Below, piece after piece: positions 1-10,444 of a stretch of DNA of 46,800 nt. The DNA lies in NCBI GenBank assembly GCA_035552995.1, contig DATNEM010000069.1, positions 1 through 46,800 of the forward strand, given 5' to 3'. The position numbers and the translations under genes are program-made. The notes under the pieces were generated by a model. That model made no database searches. It saw only the letters and a program-made list of their open reading frames with translations, and was not told where the DNA came from. How positions within the stretch are numbered: the stretch's first letter is position 1; the number at the start of each line of letters is the position of its first letter. The stretch is from Acidobacteriaceae bacterium (lineage in GTDB: Bacteria; Acidobacteriota; Terriglobia; Terriglobales; Acidobacteriaceae).

Positions 1-680
1 ATTTTGCGGATCTCTGAAACCACACGCCGGTAGAGCGTGTTCATTACGTTCCAGTTGGGTTTGTAATTTGGAGGAACATTCCAGGAGTAATCGCCGACCT
101 CGTTGTTGGTGCAGGGTTCGTTCAGCACGTCGTAGCCGGCAATCACTGACCTGTTCGTGTAACGCCGGGCGAACTCCTTCCAAAGGCCGACATAGCGGTC
201 CTGATAAGACGCATCCCTCCACAGCAGGCTAATGCGATTGGCATTGTCGGAGTGCCAGTGAACATTCTGCCAGCCTTGCGCCGAATGCAGATCGAGGATG
301 ACATAAAGGTCGTGCTTCTCGCACAGATTGAGTACCTTATCGAGGCGCGCAAACCCTGACTCCTTGTATTTGAACGGAGCCATGTCATCCTCGAAGTGCC
401 GGTAATTCAAAGGAAATCGAACGACGTTGACTCCAGTCTTCCGAAGAAAGATCACATCGTCTTCATTGAAGAAATAATCGAGCATCCGCTCGAAAAAGAA
501 CTGGGCCTTCGATGCGCCGAGCGTCTCCGCCATCTGCGCTCGCAGCGTGTGCTCCGCACCCGGATGACCATTGATGAAGTCCTCCATGTTCATCCAGCCG
601 CCTGGGCACGTTCCCCTGAGCTGGATCTTCTTTCCTTCGCCGTCGACGATGTCGCGGCCCTTGACGCGAAGAAAGCTCAT
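1..680 (-). CDS. Glycoside hydrolase family 5 (GH5_22-like), 3' end beyond the window edge
   Basis: Absent from the ORF track (no stop in window). Manual translation from ATG at 680 gives [38 protein letters not shown]...[12 protein letters not shown]...[14 protein letters not shown]...[10 protein letters not shown], containing the GH5 motifs R-x-P, ILDLH and the NEP acid/base. Confidence 0.88.
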   Translation of the reverse strand, partial: MSFLRVKGRDIVDGEGKKIQLRGTCPGGWMNMEDFINGHPGAEHTLRAQMAETLGASKAQFFFERMLDYFFNEDDVIFLRKTGVNVVRFPLNYRHFEDDMAPFKYKESGFARLDKVLNLCEKHDLYVILDLHSAQGWQNVHWHSDNANRISLLWRDASYQDRYVGLWKEFARRYTNRSVIAGYDVLNEPCTNNEVGDYSWNVPPNYKPNWNVMNTLYRRVVSEIRK

Positions 681-922
681 TTTTTGCTCTTTGTGATCGA
701 TCGCCGGCACCTGTGCATCGCCGGGTGAGATCACCTGAGCGGTGGATTCTTTGCCGGCAAACACTGCCGCACCGGTTAGAGTTGCAAGCTTCAAAAACTC
801 GCGGCGCGGTTGATTCCCAGGCGATCCCTTTGTCATTTCCTGCCTCCAATCAGGAGAATTCTAACCTCTGCATCACCTGACTGATCACGCAACAGATGTT
901 TCAGCCGATTACGCAGGTGGGA

Positions 923-2743
923 TTAGCCGGCTTGCTCCGTGAGTTCCGCCCAGCGCTCGACGAGGCTGTCGACGGCCGCCTTCGCCCGCTCCAGTTCGGC
1001 AAGGACCTCGGTGAGCGCGGCAGCATCACTGGCGATGGCCGGGTCCTCGACTTTAGAACGGGTGGCCGCAAGGTGCAGCTCGGCCTCTTCGATCCGGTCT
1101 TCGATGGTCGCGAATTCGCGCGCCTCCAGATAGGAGAGCTTCTTCTTTGCTGGTTGCGCAGCCTCTGCCTGAGACCTCGTCTCGGATTGCGGCTTGGCTT
1201 CGGATGCCGCAGAAGCCCGGTTCGCGGGCTCCTGCTCCTCCATCCAGCGCTCCCACTGCGTGTAGTCGGCGAACCGCTGGGCGTGACCGCGGCCGTCAAG
1301 TCCAAGCACAACGGTTGAGACGCGGTCCAGCATGAAGCGGTCATGCGTGACCAGGACCAGCGCGCCGGAGTACTCGAGCAGGCTATCTTCCAGTATCTCG
1401 AGGGTTGCGATATCGAGATCGTTCGTAGGCTCATCGAGCAGCAGCAGGTCTGCCGGCTCAAGCATCAGCCGCGCGATCAGCACACGGGCGCGCTCGCCGC
1501 CGCTGAGCCGGTTCACCGGCTGGTTCAGCTGCTCGCTGGTGAAAAGAAATTTGCCGGCGTAGCTGGCCACATGGACAACACGCCCCTGGTAAACGACCGA
1601 ATCGGAATCGGGCGCGAGCACCCGGCGCAGCGTCACCCCTTCGGGCAGCTCCCGCATCTGCGAGAAGTAAACGGTGCGAAGCGACGCGGCCCGCGAGATC
1701 GAGCCCGATGTTGGCGCAAGTTCTCCCGTGAGCAATCGCAGAATGGTCGTCTTCCCGCTGCCATTCGGGCCGACCAGCCCAACGCGCATGCCATTCGTGA
1801 TCAGGAATGAAAGGCCCTCCACGATCTTCTTTTCATCGAAGCTGAGTGAAACATTCTCCAGCTCAACCAGGCGCTTCGTCTTGCGATCGGTCGCAGCGAA
1901 CTCGATGCCGGCCGTGGCGGTCTGAGATCGTGATTCGACATCCTGCAACTGCGCAATCAATCCGTGAGCATTGTCGATGCGCGCCTTCGCTTTGGTGGCC
2001 CGCGCCTTCGGTCCGCGACGCAACCACTCCGTCTCAATTCGCACGCGGTTACGAAGCGAATCCTGCAACCGCGACTGCGCGTCCAGATAGGCGGCACGGC
2101 CCTCCAGGAACTTCGAATAGCTGCCCTTTGCACGCAGCAGGCCCTCGGCGTAGACGCGGCTCAGCTCGACGATTTCGGTGGCGACGTTTTCCAGAAAGTA
2201 CCGATCGTGGCTCACCATCACGCACGCAAAGTCCGACTGGTTCAGCAGTTCCTCTAACCATTCAATGCCGGCCAGATCCAGGTGGTTCGTCGGCTCATCC
2301 AGCAGCAGGACGTCAGGGTCACCCACGATGGCTTCAGCGATCGCCAGTCGCTTGCGCCAGCCGCCGGAGAGCGTGGCCGCTTCAGCGGCAAGGTCGAGGA
2401 GGCCAGTCCGCCCGGCAGTCTCTCGCAGCCGGCCTTCGCGGTCGGTCTCGGTAACCCCGGCGCGCCGGAGCGCGCTCTCCAATATCTCCCGCACTTGCAA
2501 TCCCGGCGCAAAGGCCGACTCCTGTTTCACATAGGCGATGCGAGCGCGCTTGCGGACCGCTATCTCACCAGCATCAGGCTCCTGCTCCCCCGCGAGAACG
2601 GTCAGCAGGGTTGATTTGCCTGCGCCGTTCGGACCGATCAGGCCGATGCGGTCGCCGTCAGAGACGGTGAAGTCGATGTCCTGGAAGAGCGATACAGCGC
2701 CAAAGCGCTTTGAAACGCGCTGTGCGCTGAGAATGGAGGGCAT
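923..2743 (-). CDS. uup: ABC-F family ATP-binding protein, Uup-like
   Basis: Two ABC domains (GPNGAGKST/LSGGW/LLLDEPTNHLD and GPNGSGKTT/LSGGE/LLLDEPTNDLD), no TM segments, and a C-terminal KKKLSY coiled-coil typical of Uup. Confidence 0.88.
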   Translation of the reverse strand: MPSILSAQRVSKRFGAVSLFQDIDFTVSDGDRIGLIGPNGAGKSTLLTVLAGEQEPDAGEIAVRKRARIAYVKQESAFAPGLQVREILESALRRAGVTETDREGRLRETAGRTGLLDLAAEAATLSGGWRKRLAIAEAIVGDPDVLLLDEPTNHLDLAGIEWLEELLNQSDFACVMVSHDRYFLENVATEIVELSRVYAEGLLRAKGSYSKFLEGRAAYLDAQSRLQDSLRNRVRIETEWLRRGPKARATKAKARIDNAHGLIAQLQDVESRSQTATAGIEFAATDRKTKRLVELENVSLSFDEKKIVEGLSFLITNGMRVGLVGPNGSGKTTILRLLTGELAPTSGSISRAASLRTVYFSQMRELPEGVTLRRVLAPDSDSVVYQGRVVHVASYAGKFLFTSEQLNQPVNRLSGGERARVLIARLMLEPADLLLLDEPTNDLDIATLEILEDSLLEYSGALVLVTHDRFMLDRVSTVVLGLDGRGHAQRFADYTQWERWMEEQEPANRASAASEAKPQSETRSQAEAAQPAKKKLSYLEAREFATIEDRIEEAELHLAATRSKVEDPAIASDAAALTEVLAELERAKAAVDSLVERWAELTEQAG

Positions 2744-2806
2744 CTAGCGATTGTAATTTGGCGTCAGTCAGCATTCGGCCCGATCGGCCCGACAACACCA
2801 AGGCAC

Positions 2807-4507
2807 TTAGGCGATCTCAACCTCAATCGCTTTTGTGTCGCGATCGAGAGCCGCAACACGAAAGCTGCGCACCTGCCCAACCTGGGGTGCGTTGCTCTTC
2901 GGAGATACGGTGTCGGATTGGCCTTTCCAGCGCGCCTGCAACAACGAAGTGAGCGACGATAGATCGACGCTGCTCGAACTGGTCGTCTGCGCCTCAGTAG
3001 AAGCGGCCTCTTCGATGCGACAGGTTGCGCCGACTCCTTCGCCCAGTTCGACCGTCGCGACTCCCGCAGACTGGCTCACGATGCGGCCTGAGACGATGTC
3101 GCCAACTTGATGTTCCGCGAGGAAGTCGTCGAGATCGGTAGGCGCGAGTTGCTTGATGCTGAGTTTGATCTGGCGCTTTTCCGTATCGACTCCCAGCACC
3201 TTTGCCTTAACTATTTCGCCCACCCGCAACACGTCGCCTGGATGCGCAATTCGCCGTTCGGCTGTAATTTCGCTGATGTGAACAAGACCCTCAATGCCTT
3301 CGGCCAGTTGCATAAATGCGCCGAATGTTGCGAGCCGGGTGATCGGGCCTTCGATGCCAGCCCCAATCGGAAACCTTTGGACGGCATCGGCCCACGGATC
3401 GCCCAGCGCCTGCTTCAGGCCGAGGGACAGCTTGCGTTCCGGTTGATGGATAGCGAGCACCACCGCTTCCACGGTGTCGCCCTGCTTTACGATGTCGCCT
3501 GGCTTCTGCACCCGCCTGGTCCATGACATCTCGGACACGTGAATCAGACCCTCGATACCGGGCTCCACTTCGACGAAGGCGCCAAAATCGGCGAGGCGGG
3601 TGACGCTACCCGTCACTCGCTGCCCCACACTGTATCGCGTGGCAGCGGTCTCCCATGGCTCGGGCTGCAACTGCTTCATGCCGAGAGAAATCCGTTTGCT
3701 CTCCGCATCGATCTTCAGCACCTTCACTTCGATCTTCTGCCCGGCCGTCAGTACCTCTTGCGGGCTCCCAACGCGGCTCCATGCGATGTCGCTTACGTGG
3801 AGAAGTCCGTCAATGCCGCCGATGTCAACAAATGCACCGTAGTTCGTAAGGCTGCGGACCGTGCCGTCGACGATGTCGCCTTCTCGAAGCCCCGCGCGGC
3901 GATTTTCAGCATTCGCAAAAGCCTGCTCTTCCAGAACGGCACGGCGATCGACCACGACATCTTCTTCCGCTGTGTCCAGTTTCGTGATCCGGCAGGTAAT
4001 CTCCTGACCGACCAACGCCTCTAATTCCTTTGCCTCCCGGGTTCCACTGCGCGAAGCGGGCATAAAAGCCCGCACACCGATATCTACCGTGACTCCGCCC
4101 TTCACGACGGCGGTGACCGTTCCCACGATCGGCGACTTCTTCGCGAATGCCTCTTCAAGGGAGGCCCAGTCTGTTACCTTCGCAATCTTCTGGCGCGAAA
4201 GATCGTAATAGCCGTCCACATTACGTCCCTTGACTGATACAAGGACCCGGTCGCCGGGCTGCACGGCTTCGGCATTGTTCTCGAAGGCCGTGCGAGGAAG
4301 AACACCCTCGGTCTTGAAACCGATGTCGAGAAACACAGATTCGGCCGAAAGAGAAACCACGGTGGCTTCGACCTGACGGTTCTCGGAGCTGGCCTTCGGA
4401 TGCGAAGCTTCAAACTCGCGGAGTGCGGTTCCGAATGACTCGGTTGAATCGGTAGCGAGGCTATCGTCAGCCGAAGGCTGGAGGGCGGGAGGGTTCTCAG
4501 TGCTCAT
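2807..4507 (-). CDS. rpsA: 30S ribosomal protein S1 or S1 paralog
   Basis: Tandem S1 domains (YGAFVDIGGIDGLLHVSDIAW, FGAFVEVEPGIEGLIHVSEMSW, FGAFMQLAEGIEGLVHISEI); the sixth domain is degenerate. Start placed at MSTENPP (ATG 4507). Confidence 0.8.
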   Translation of the reverse strand: MSTENPPALQPSADDSLATDSTESFGTALREFEASHPKASSENRQVEATVVSLSAESVFLDIGFKTEGVLPRTAFENNAEAVQPGDRVLVSVKGRNVDGYYDLSRQKIAKVTDWASLEEAFAKKSPIVGTVTAVVKGGVTVDIGVRAFMPASRSGTREAKELEALVGQEITCRITKLDTAEEDVVVDRRAVLEEQAFANAENRRAGLREGDIVDGTVRSLTNYGAFVDIGGIDGLLHVSDIAWSRVGSPQEVLTAGQKIEVKVLKIDAESKRISLGMKQLQPEPWETAATRYSVGQRVTGSVTRLADFGAFVEVEPGIEGLIHVSEMSWTRRVQKPGDIVKQGDTVEAVVLAIHQPERKLSLGLKQALGDPWADAVQRFPIGAGIEGPITRLATFGAFMQLAEGIEGLVHISEITAERRIAHPGDVLRVGEIVKAKVLGVDTEKRQIKLSIKQLAPTDLDDFLAEHQVGDIVSGRIVSQSAGVATVELGEGVGATCRIEEAASTEAQTTSSSSVDLSSLTSLLQARWKGQSDTVSPKSNAPQVGQVRSFRVAALDRDTKAIEVEIA

Positions 4508-4642
4508 GGGGTGACCATATTGTCCCACGCATCGTAATCGACGCAAAAGATTTGCTGGAACAGCACAGACGTAGAAAAATAGTGGCGTTCCTTGCCGGCG
4601 AATCCGCCGGCTTCAGCGTATTTCGGTAATCAGGAGTGACAA

Positions 4643-6289
4643 ATGATTGTTGGCCGATGGTCGAGATCGATCGCATGGAGCGTTCTTGTATGCGCTCTGC
4701 TTCCGATGTCCCCGACAGGATGGGCGCAGAGAAGTGCGACACCGGAAGTGGGCTCCCTGAACAAGCCGGAGCGGCTGGACTGGTTCCGCGATCTCGGATT
4801 TGGCCTGTTCATCCACTGGAGCGTCGATGTGCAGACCGGTGCCGGAATCAGCCATTCTCTGGTGGGAGCTTCCAGGGAATACACGGACTGGTTCTATAAC
4901 GATCTGCCGAAAACTTTTTATCCGCGTGAGTTTCATCCTGAGGATTGGGCAAGGTTGGCGAAGATCGCGGGCGTGCGCTACATGATGTTCACGAACAAAC
5001 ACCACTCAGGATTCGCGATGTACGATACGGCAACGACGCCCTTCGGCGTGATGAATACACCGTTCCATCGCGATATTACGGCGGAGGTATTCCAGGCCTT
5101 CCGCGACCAGAACATCCCCATCGGAGTCTATTTTTCGCCCGACGATTTTTACTGGCTGCGCAAGCAAGGCAAGCCAATCCGGCGCAATGTGCCGGACGTT
5201 CAGCCGAGGAACAATCCGGGATTGATGGCGTACGACCAGGCGCAGGTCAAAGAGCTCCTGACGAAATATGGCCCAATCCAGGTGATCTTTTTCGATGGCC
5301 AGACCGATGGACTGCGTGATCTGGCGTGGAAGCTGCAGCCGGACATTGTAGTTTCTCGCGGAGCACTGCAGACACCTGAGCAATACATTCCGGGAATGCC
5401 GCTGAAGGGAGCGTGGGAAGCCAACCTGACCATGGGCGCTTCCTGGATGTACCAGCCGCAGGGAGACACCTACAAGTCGACCCGGCAACTGCTGGAGACG
5501 CTGATACAGACCCGGGCAAAGGGCGGCAACCTGCTTCTGGATATTGGCCCGAAGGCTAACGGAGAGATCCCGGCCGAAGAAGAAGACCGCCTGCGCGAGA
5601 TGGGCTTGTGGATGTCTGTGAACTCCGACTGCATCTACGGAGTGCGCCCGTGGGTGATCACGAACGAAGGCGACAAATGGTTCACCAAGGACAAGGACGA
5701 ATACACGCTCTACGTGATTGACGATTCTCCGGAGCCGTGGGTCTTCGGCAAGTGGCGCGACGTGCTGCTAAAGTCTGTGCAGACGACGGACCAGACCGAG
5801 GTGACTGTGCTCGGCGAAAACGGCAGGGACCTTGAGTATCAGCCAAGAGTGAACCCCATGCCGACGTGGAAGATGGAAAGCGATGGCTTGCACATACACG
5901 CCATGCTGGCGCAGCGGCTCCAGGACAACTACAAGTGGGACTACCCAGTAGTGCTGAAGCTCACTCATGTGAAGCCAGGCTTCCAGCCTCCACAAGTGAA
6001 GACGGGCACGTCGAGGCGCGCCGGAGAGAACTCTTTCCTGCTAAACGGCGACGTGACGGATATGGGAGGTTCGCCAGAGCTGCAAGCCGGGTTTGAATAC
6101 CGCCGGATCACAGCCGACGATGTAGCGGCGCGGTCCGCGCCGTGGGTGGCGACGACTACGCAGGCGATCGAGAAGGCAGGCCCTTTTACGCTGGAGGTCA
6201 AGGACCTGCCGCCTGGCACCTATGAGTTTCATGCGGTAGTCAGGCATCCGCTCCTCACCATCTACGGCGGCGACGTGGCAATGCAGTGA
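4643..6289 (+). CDS. Alpha-L-fucosidase (GH29), secreted
   Basis: Signal peptide; WFRDLGFGLFIHW, KHHSGF, FFDG and GGNLLLDIGP motifs; extra C-terminal beta-rich domain. Confidence 0.88.
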   Translation: MIVGRWSRSIAWSVLVCALLPMSPTGWAQRSATPEVGSLNKPERLDWFRDLGFGLFIHWSVDVQTGAGISHSLVGASREYTDWFYNDLPKTFYPREFHPEDWARLAKIAGVRYMMFTNKHHSGFAMYDTATTPFGVMNTPFHRDITAEVFQAFRDQNIPIGVYFSPDDFYWLRKQGKPIRRNVPDVQPRNNPGLMAYDQAQVKELLTKYGPIQVIFFDGQTDGLRDLAWKLQPDIVVSRGALQTPEQYIPGMPLKGAWEANLTMGASWMYQPQGDTYKSTRQLLETLIQTRAKGGNLLLDIGPKANGEIPAEEEDRLREMGLWMSVNSDCIYGVRPWVITNEGDKWFTKDKDEYTLYVIDDSPEPWVFGKWRDVLLKSVQTTDQTEVTVLGENGRDLEYQPRVNPMPTWKMESDGLHIHAMLAQRLQDNYKWDYPVVLKLTHVKPGFQPPQVKTGTSRRAGENSFLLNGDVTDMGGSPELQAGFEYRRITADDVAARSAPWVATTTQAIEKAGPFTLEVKDLPPGTYEFHAVVRHPLLTIYGGDVAMQ

Positions 6290-6312
6290 TAAAAGGCGCT
6301 TGAATCGACGGC

Positions 6313-9141
6313 CTAGAATCGCGCCACCACGACAGCGGTGATTACCCTGTTCCCATTGCCGCTGCCGTTCAGTGCGGTCGACTGCCCAAACAGTGGCGAC
6401 CCAAGCGTGCCCACCGGAGACGACAGGTTTACGTGGTTGATCGCGTTGTCCGCCTCGAGCTCGACAAGCAGATGATACCTACGGTCCACATACGGCTTGC
6501 CCTTGGGCGCGGGCGCGTTCGCAGCAGGCTTGGGAGCATTGGGTGAAGCAGGAGGCACCGGCCCGAAGGTGAACTCGCGGTAGCAATACGCGCTCACATC
6601 GGCATACGCAGGGCCTCGTCCGTAGTTGATCGGGATCGTTGTCTGTCCCACGATGGGATTCGTATCGAAGGTTCCCCACGCAGTCTTCACCACGCTCGGT
6701 CTCGTCGGGTCCGTCGCAAATGTCGGCCGATCGTTGAACTGCGAGTCGCCGTTCAGGTCCTGCGGCAGTGTGATGTTGAACGGCAATCCAGACGTCGCTT
6801 CCAGGTACGTGCCGAGGTGGATTCTGCGATACAGCAGCGGTGAGCTCATGCTCGCGTAGAACAGGTGGCGCTGGTCCTGCGATGCGCGACCATAGTCTGC
6901 TGCCACGTCATAGCTGTTGGAAACGAAGCCGTTCGCGTCGGAGTCGCGATGCCGGAACTGATAATACCCGTATATGCTGAACTGGTTCTTCGTCCGGAAG
7001 TTGACGTTCATCGTCAATCGGTTCGTGCGCGCCAGCCCCGCTGAATCGTACTCATACACATTCTGCGTCGTGCCCAGCGGCCGAACGCCGCTTGTCGGAA
7101 CGGCAGGATTGTAAGTTCCGGGCAGCGGGGCGTTGGCGTTGCGAGTAATCAGCGCATGCACCGTGTGGTTGTAAAAATACTGCACCGAAATGCTGCCGTG
7201 GCTCCCCAGTGGATGATCGACACCGATGCTGTTCATGAATCCGTACACCGAACGGAACGATGGGCTGATCCTGTAGATCGACGGAATGTTCTGCTGGCCC
7301 AGTCCGGACGTGGGCGGGATCGAGGGATAAAATGGCGGCGACGCCACCACGTACTGCTGCTGCGAGATGCCGTTCTGCCGCTCCGCCTGCATGATGTTCG
7401 ACGCGGCCAGCCGCGTATAGAAGATCCCCGTCCCACCACGCAGCACATACTTCGCCGGCTTGTCCTTCTTCGCGCCCAGCGCCCACGAGAAGCCAAACCG
7501 CGGCGCAAAATCGTTATGGTCACCGATGTAGTTCTGCGCCTCATACCGCAGTCCATAGCTCAACGTCAGATTCGATCGCACCTTCCAGTCATCCTGGTAG
7601 AACGCTCCTACATCCACCACATCGATCGTCACCGCCGGGCTGCCCGTCGTAATGCTGAACTGGCTCGGCCCTCCCCCTTTGTTCAGCACCGTCGCTTGAT
7701 ACGCATCCAGCGAGGAGAAGAGATACTGGCCGTTGTAGCCCGCACGCGACACATTCGCATCGCGATGAATCCGCAGCCGCACGCCCGGGCTCAGGTAATG
7801 CTTCCCTACCTGGATCGAGAAATAATTCTGCAGCTCGTATGAATCGTTGTTGTCGTGCGATGCCCCCGAACTATTGCCGCCGCCGGTAAACGCGCCCTGC
7901 ACCAGAATCGTCGGGTCATTGCTCACCGGCGTCTGCCTCGTGCGCGTGCGCGTGTACTGGAAGCGCGTATCGTCCACCACCTTTGCTCCAAACACTTCGG
8001 AGTTCCCCACCTGCAGCGTCTGCGTCGTGGTTGAGCCGTTCAGCGCCTGGCTCGCGAGGTTCAGCTGGCCCACGCCGCTGTTGGTGCGCTCGTTTTTCAT
8101 GAAGGAGTAGCGCAGCGTCAGCGTATTGCTCTTGCCCATCTGCAGGTCCACCCGCGGAGAAAACATTGTCACCGTGTTTGGACTGGGCAGCGCCTGGTTG
8201 AACGCAATCTGCGATGTGCCCGCCGTATCCAGTACGGTCGCATGGATCACGGTATTCGTCTGCGAGCTGCGCCGCTCGAAGTTGGTAAAGTACGATGCCT
8301 TCTTGCTCAGCGGCCCGTTGATGTCTCCGTTGAACTCCAGCGTGTGGTACGACGGCTGGTCCTTCACAAACGGGTTCTGCGTGTTGAACGCGGAGTCGTT
8401 GCCATAGATGTAAATATCGCCGTGCAGCTTGTCCGTGCCCGGCTTGGTGAAGATCTCGATCATCCCGCCGCCGGGATCGGTATCGTTGCGCGCGGAGTAG
8501 GGATTCTGGTTGATGCGAATCTCGCGGATCGTATTCTTCGGCGGAAGGGTGCCGCCTGAAAATCCGTCGACGTATATGCTCGGCGCATCTCCGCCAGACA
8601 GCTCCTGCAGCTGTTGCTGAAGCATGCTCGGCTCATTCGCAAGCTCGTCGAGCGCTCTCCCCTTGAGCACGATCGCATCGCCGTTTCGGTTCGGATCGGC
8701 CTGGTCCCCCATATCGTCCGCGGACACATCCAGCTGCACCTGCTGCGTCTCGATCGCGAGCCGCACATCCAGCGTCTGCACAGGCGAAGCATTTACGGTA
8801 ATTGCGCGGCTCGCGAAATCCGCAAATCCCGCAGCCTTCACACGAATGAGATAACCGCCGGGTGGAACATTGGGGAAGCTGTAACGCCCGTCGGCGGCGG
8901 TCACCTGCGTCTGCAACGCAGCGGACGATGGATCGATGGACAATTCCACCGTTGCGCCTGAAATCAGCGCGCCGCTGGGGTCGGTCACGGTTCCCCGCAG
9001 CGTCGACGTTACAGTTGCCGGCGTCGCAGCCTGAGGAGTTGCCGCGGCTCCTTGCCCATTGTTCGTAGACTGTGCGGCGGCCGCGGTTTGCAGCAGCAAA
9101 AGCAGGAAGAAGCTCAGCAAGGTCGAACTGTTTTTGTGCAC
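6313..9141 (-). CDS. TonB-dependent receptor-like outer-membrane protein (Oar-like, carboxypeptidase-regulatory N-domain)
   Basis: Signal peptide; GTVTDPSGALISGATV N-domain; YQDDWKVRSNLTLSYGLRYE and FAPRFGFSW barrel motifs; terminal Phe. Confidence 0.85.
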   Translation of the reverse strand: MHKNSSTLLSFFLLLLLQTAAAAQSTNNGQGAAATPQAATPATVTSTLRGTVTDPSGALISGATVELSIDPSSAALQTQVTAADGRYSFPNVPPGGYLIRVKAAGFADFASRAITVNASPVQTLDVRLAIETQQVQLDVSADDMGDQADPNRNGDAIVLKGRALDELANEPSMLQQQLQELSGGDAPSIYVDGFSGGTLPPKNTIREIRINQNPYSARNDTDPGGGMIEIFTKPGTDKLHGDIYIYGNDSAFNTQNPFVKDQPSYHTLEFNGDINGPLSKKASYFTNFERRSSQTNTVIHATVLDTAGTSQIAFNQALPSPNTVTMFSPRVDLQMGKSNTLTLRYSFMKNERTNSGVGQLNLASQALNGSTTTQTLQVGNSEVFGAKVVDDTRFQYTRTRTRQTPVSNDPTILVQGAFTGGGNSSGASHDNNDSYELQNYFSIQVGKHYLSPGVRLRIHRDANVSRAGYNGQYLFSSLDAYQATVLNKGGGPSQFSITTGSPAVTIDVVDVGAFYQDDWKVRSNLTLSYGLRYEAQNYIGDHNDFAPRFGFSWALGAKKDKPAKYVLRGGTGIFYTRLAASNIMQAERQNGISQQQYVVASPPFYPSIPPTSGLGQQNIPSIYRISPSFRSVYGFMNSIGVDHPLGSHGSISVQYFYNHTVHALITRNANAPLPGTYNPAVPTSGVRPLGTTQNVYEYDSAGLARTNRLTMNVNFRTKNQFSIYGYYQFRHRDSDANGFVSNSYDVAADYGRASQDQRHLFYASMSSPLLYRRIHLGTYLEATSGLPFNITLPQDLNGDSQFNDRPTFATDPTRPSVVKTAWGTFDTNPIVGQTTIPINYGRGPAYADVSAYCYREFTFGPVPPASPNAPKPAANAPAPKGKPYVDRRYHLLVELEADNAINHVNLSSPVGTLGSPLFGQSTALNGSGNGNRVITAVVVARF

Positions 9142-9403
9142 AAGTGTCCTGGTATTTGCAGGTGCTTGTTGAATATACGCAGGCAGCGTCCAGAAGATAG
9201 CCCCCTCTGGTTAACCTTTCATGGCCCTCAGCCGCGCGGTGTGTCTGCTCGATCAGCAACACGGAGGTGCGATCCTGCTCAAGACGTACCGAAAAATCTC
9301 CGCAGCTTTCCCGCACCCTCCCGCATCCAACACAAATCGCAAGCAGTTCCGCCACGGGTCCACCTGATCCTTCACGCGCCGTTTATACTTTAAGTTCCAG
9401 CGA

Positions 9404-10414
9404 ATGAGATTCAATCGCCTTCCTGCCGCGGGCCTTCTCGCCCTCATCCCCGCCCTCACCGGATGCCTCACGCACACCCGCACCGTCCTCAAAACGCGGC
9501 CGCCAGACGTCGTCTATAGCACCTCACTCGACCATCTGCTCCAGCAGGTCTCCGACCGTTACAACGCCACCAGGTCTGCCACCCTCTCCGTTGAAATCTC
9601 CGCCTCCACCGGCGGCAGCCGCGAGGGCAAGGTCACCACGTCGCTCAACTTTTCGGGCTACATCATTCTCCAGAACCCAGACCACATCCGCGTCGTCATC
9701 CTGGTCCCTTTCATCGGCAGCCGCGCCATGGAGATGGTCTCAGACGGCAAAGCGTTCAGGCTGCTCATACCCCGTCAGAACTGCGCCATCGTCGGTTCCG
9801 ACAATGCGCCTCCGCCTCCTCCCCCGGGGGTCAACGAAACTCTCTCCGAGCGTCTCTATCGCCTGCGTCCCGCCGTCATCCTCGACTCGCTGCTGATTCC
9901 ACCGCTCGGGCCCGGTGAAGACGTCTCCCGCACCCAGGACAGCCGCATCCTGGAAGCGCCCAAAACCAAGGCAGGTATCTTCACCGGCGCAGCCCTGCGC
10001 AAGGAACTTATTGAGGAGCCCGACTACGACGTAGAATTCCTGTCCCTACCGCAAGGACAGGTTGCTCACACCCTCCGCGTGTTGCACATCGGACGATCCA
10101 ACCTGCTTCCCTATCGCCAGGACATCTACGACGCCGACGGCAGGATTGAAACCGAAGCCTTCTACTCCGACTATCACAAGTTCGGAGACATCAATTTCCC
10201 TACCAAAATCGTCATCCAGCGCAAACTTGACGACCTCGGCCTCACCATCACAATCTCGCCAGGGAAAACTCACTTCAATCAACCGCTCGAGGGCGATGAG
10301 TTCGACTTGCCCATCCCACCCACCTACGCCGTCCAGAACATGGACGACCCTGTCAGCGCCAAATCCAACCCCTGCGCCGCGCATAACGTCGCACCTGCTG
10401 CAGCCGCGAAATAA
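9404..10414 (+). CDS. Lipoprotein of LolB/DUF4292-like lipoprotein-sorting fold
   Basis: Lipobox LTGC; EMVSDGKAFRL and YSDYHKFGDINFPTKIVIQR segments typical of LolA/LolB-fold proteins. Confidence 0.6.
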   Translation: MRFNRLPAAGLLALIPALTGCLTHTRTVLKTRPPDVVYSTSLDHLLQQVSDRYNATRSATLSVEISASTGGSREGKVTTSLNFSGYIILQNPDHIRVVILVPFIGSRAMEMVSDGKAFRLLIPRQNCAIVGSDNAPPPPPPGVNETLSERLYRLRPAVILDSLLIPPLGPGEDVSRTQDSRILEAPKTKAGIFTGAALRKELIEEPDYDVEFLSLPQGQVAHTLRVLHIGRSNLLPYRQDIYDADGRIETEAFYSDYHKFGDINFPTKIVIQRKLDDLGLTITISPGKTHFNQPLEGDEFDLPIPPTYAVQNMDDPVSAKSNPCAAHNVAPAAAAK

Positions 10415-10444
10415 CCGACAACTAACAACTGAGACCTGGCAACT
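10413..10444. repeat. Degenerate heptamer tandem repeat
   Basis: AACCGAC-AACTAAC-AACTGAG-ACCTGGC-AACT at the junction of two convergent genes. Confidence 0.55.
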
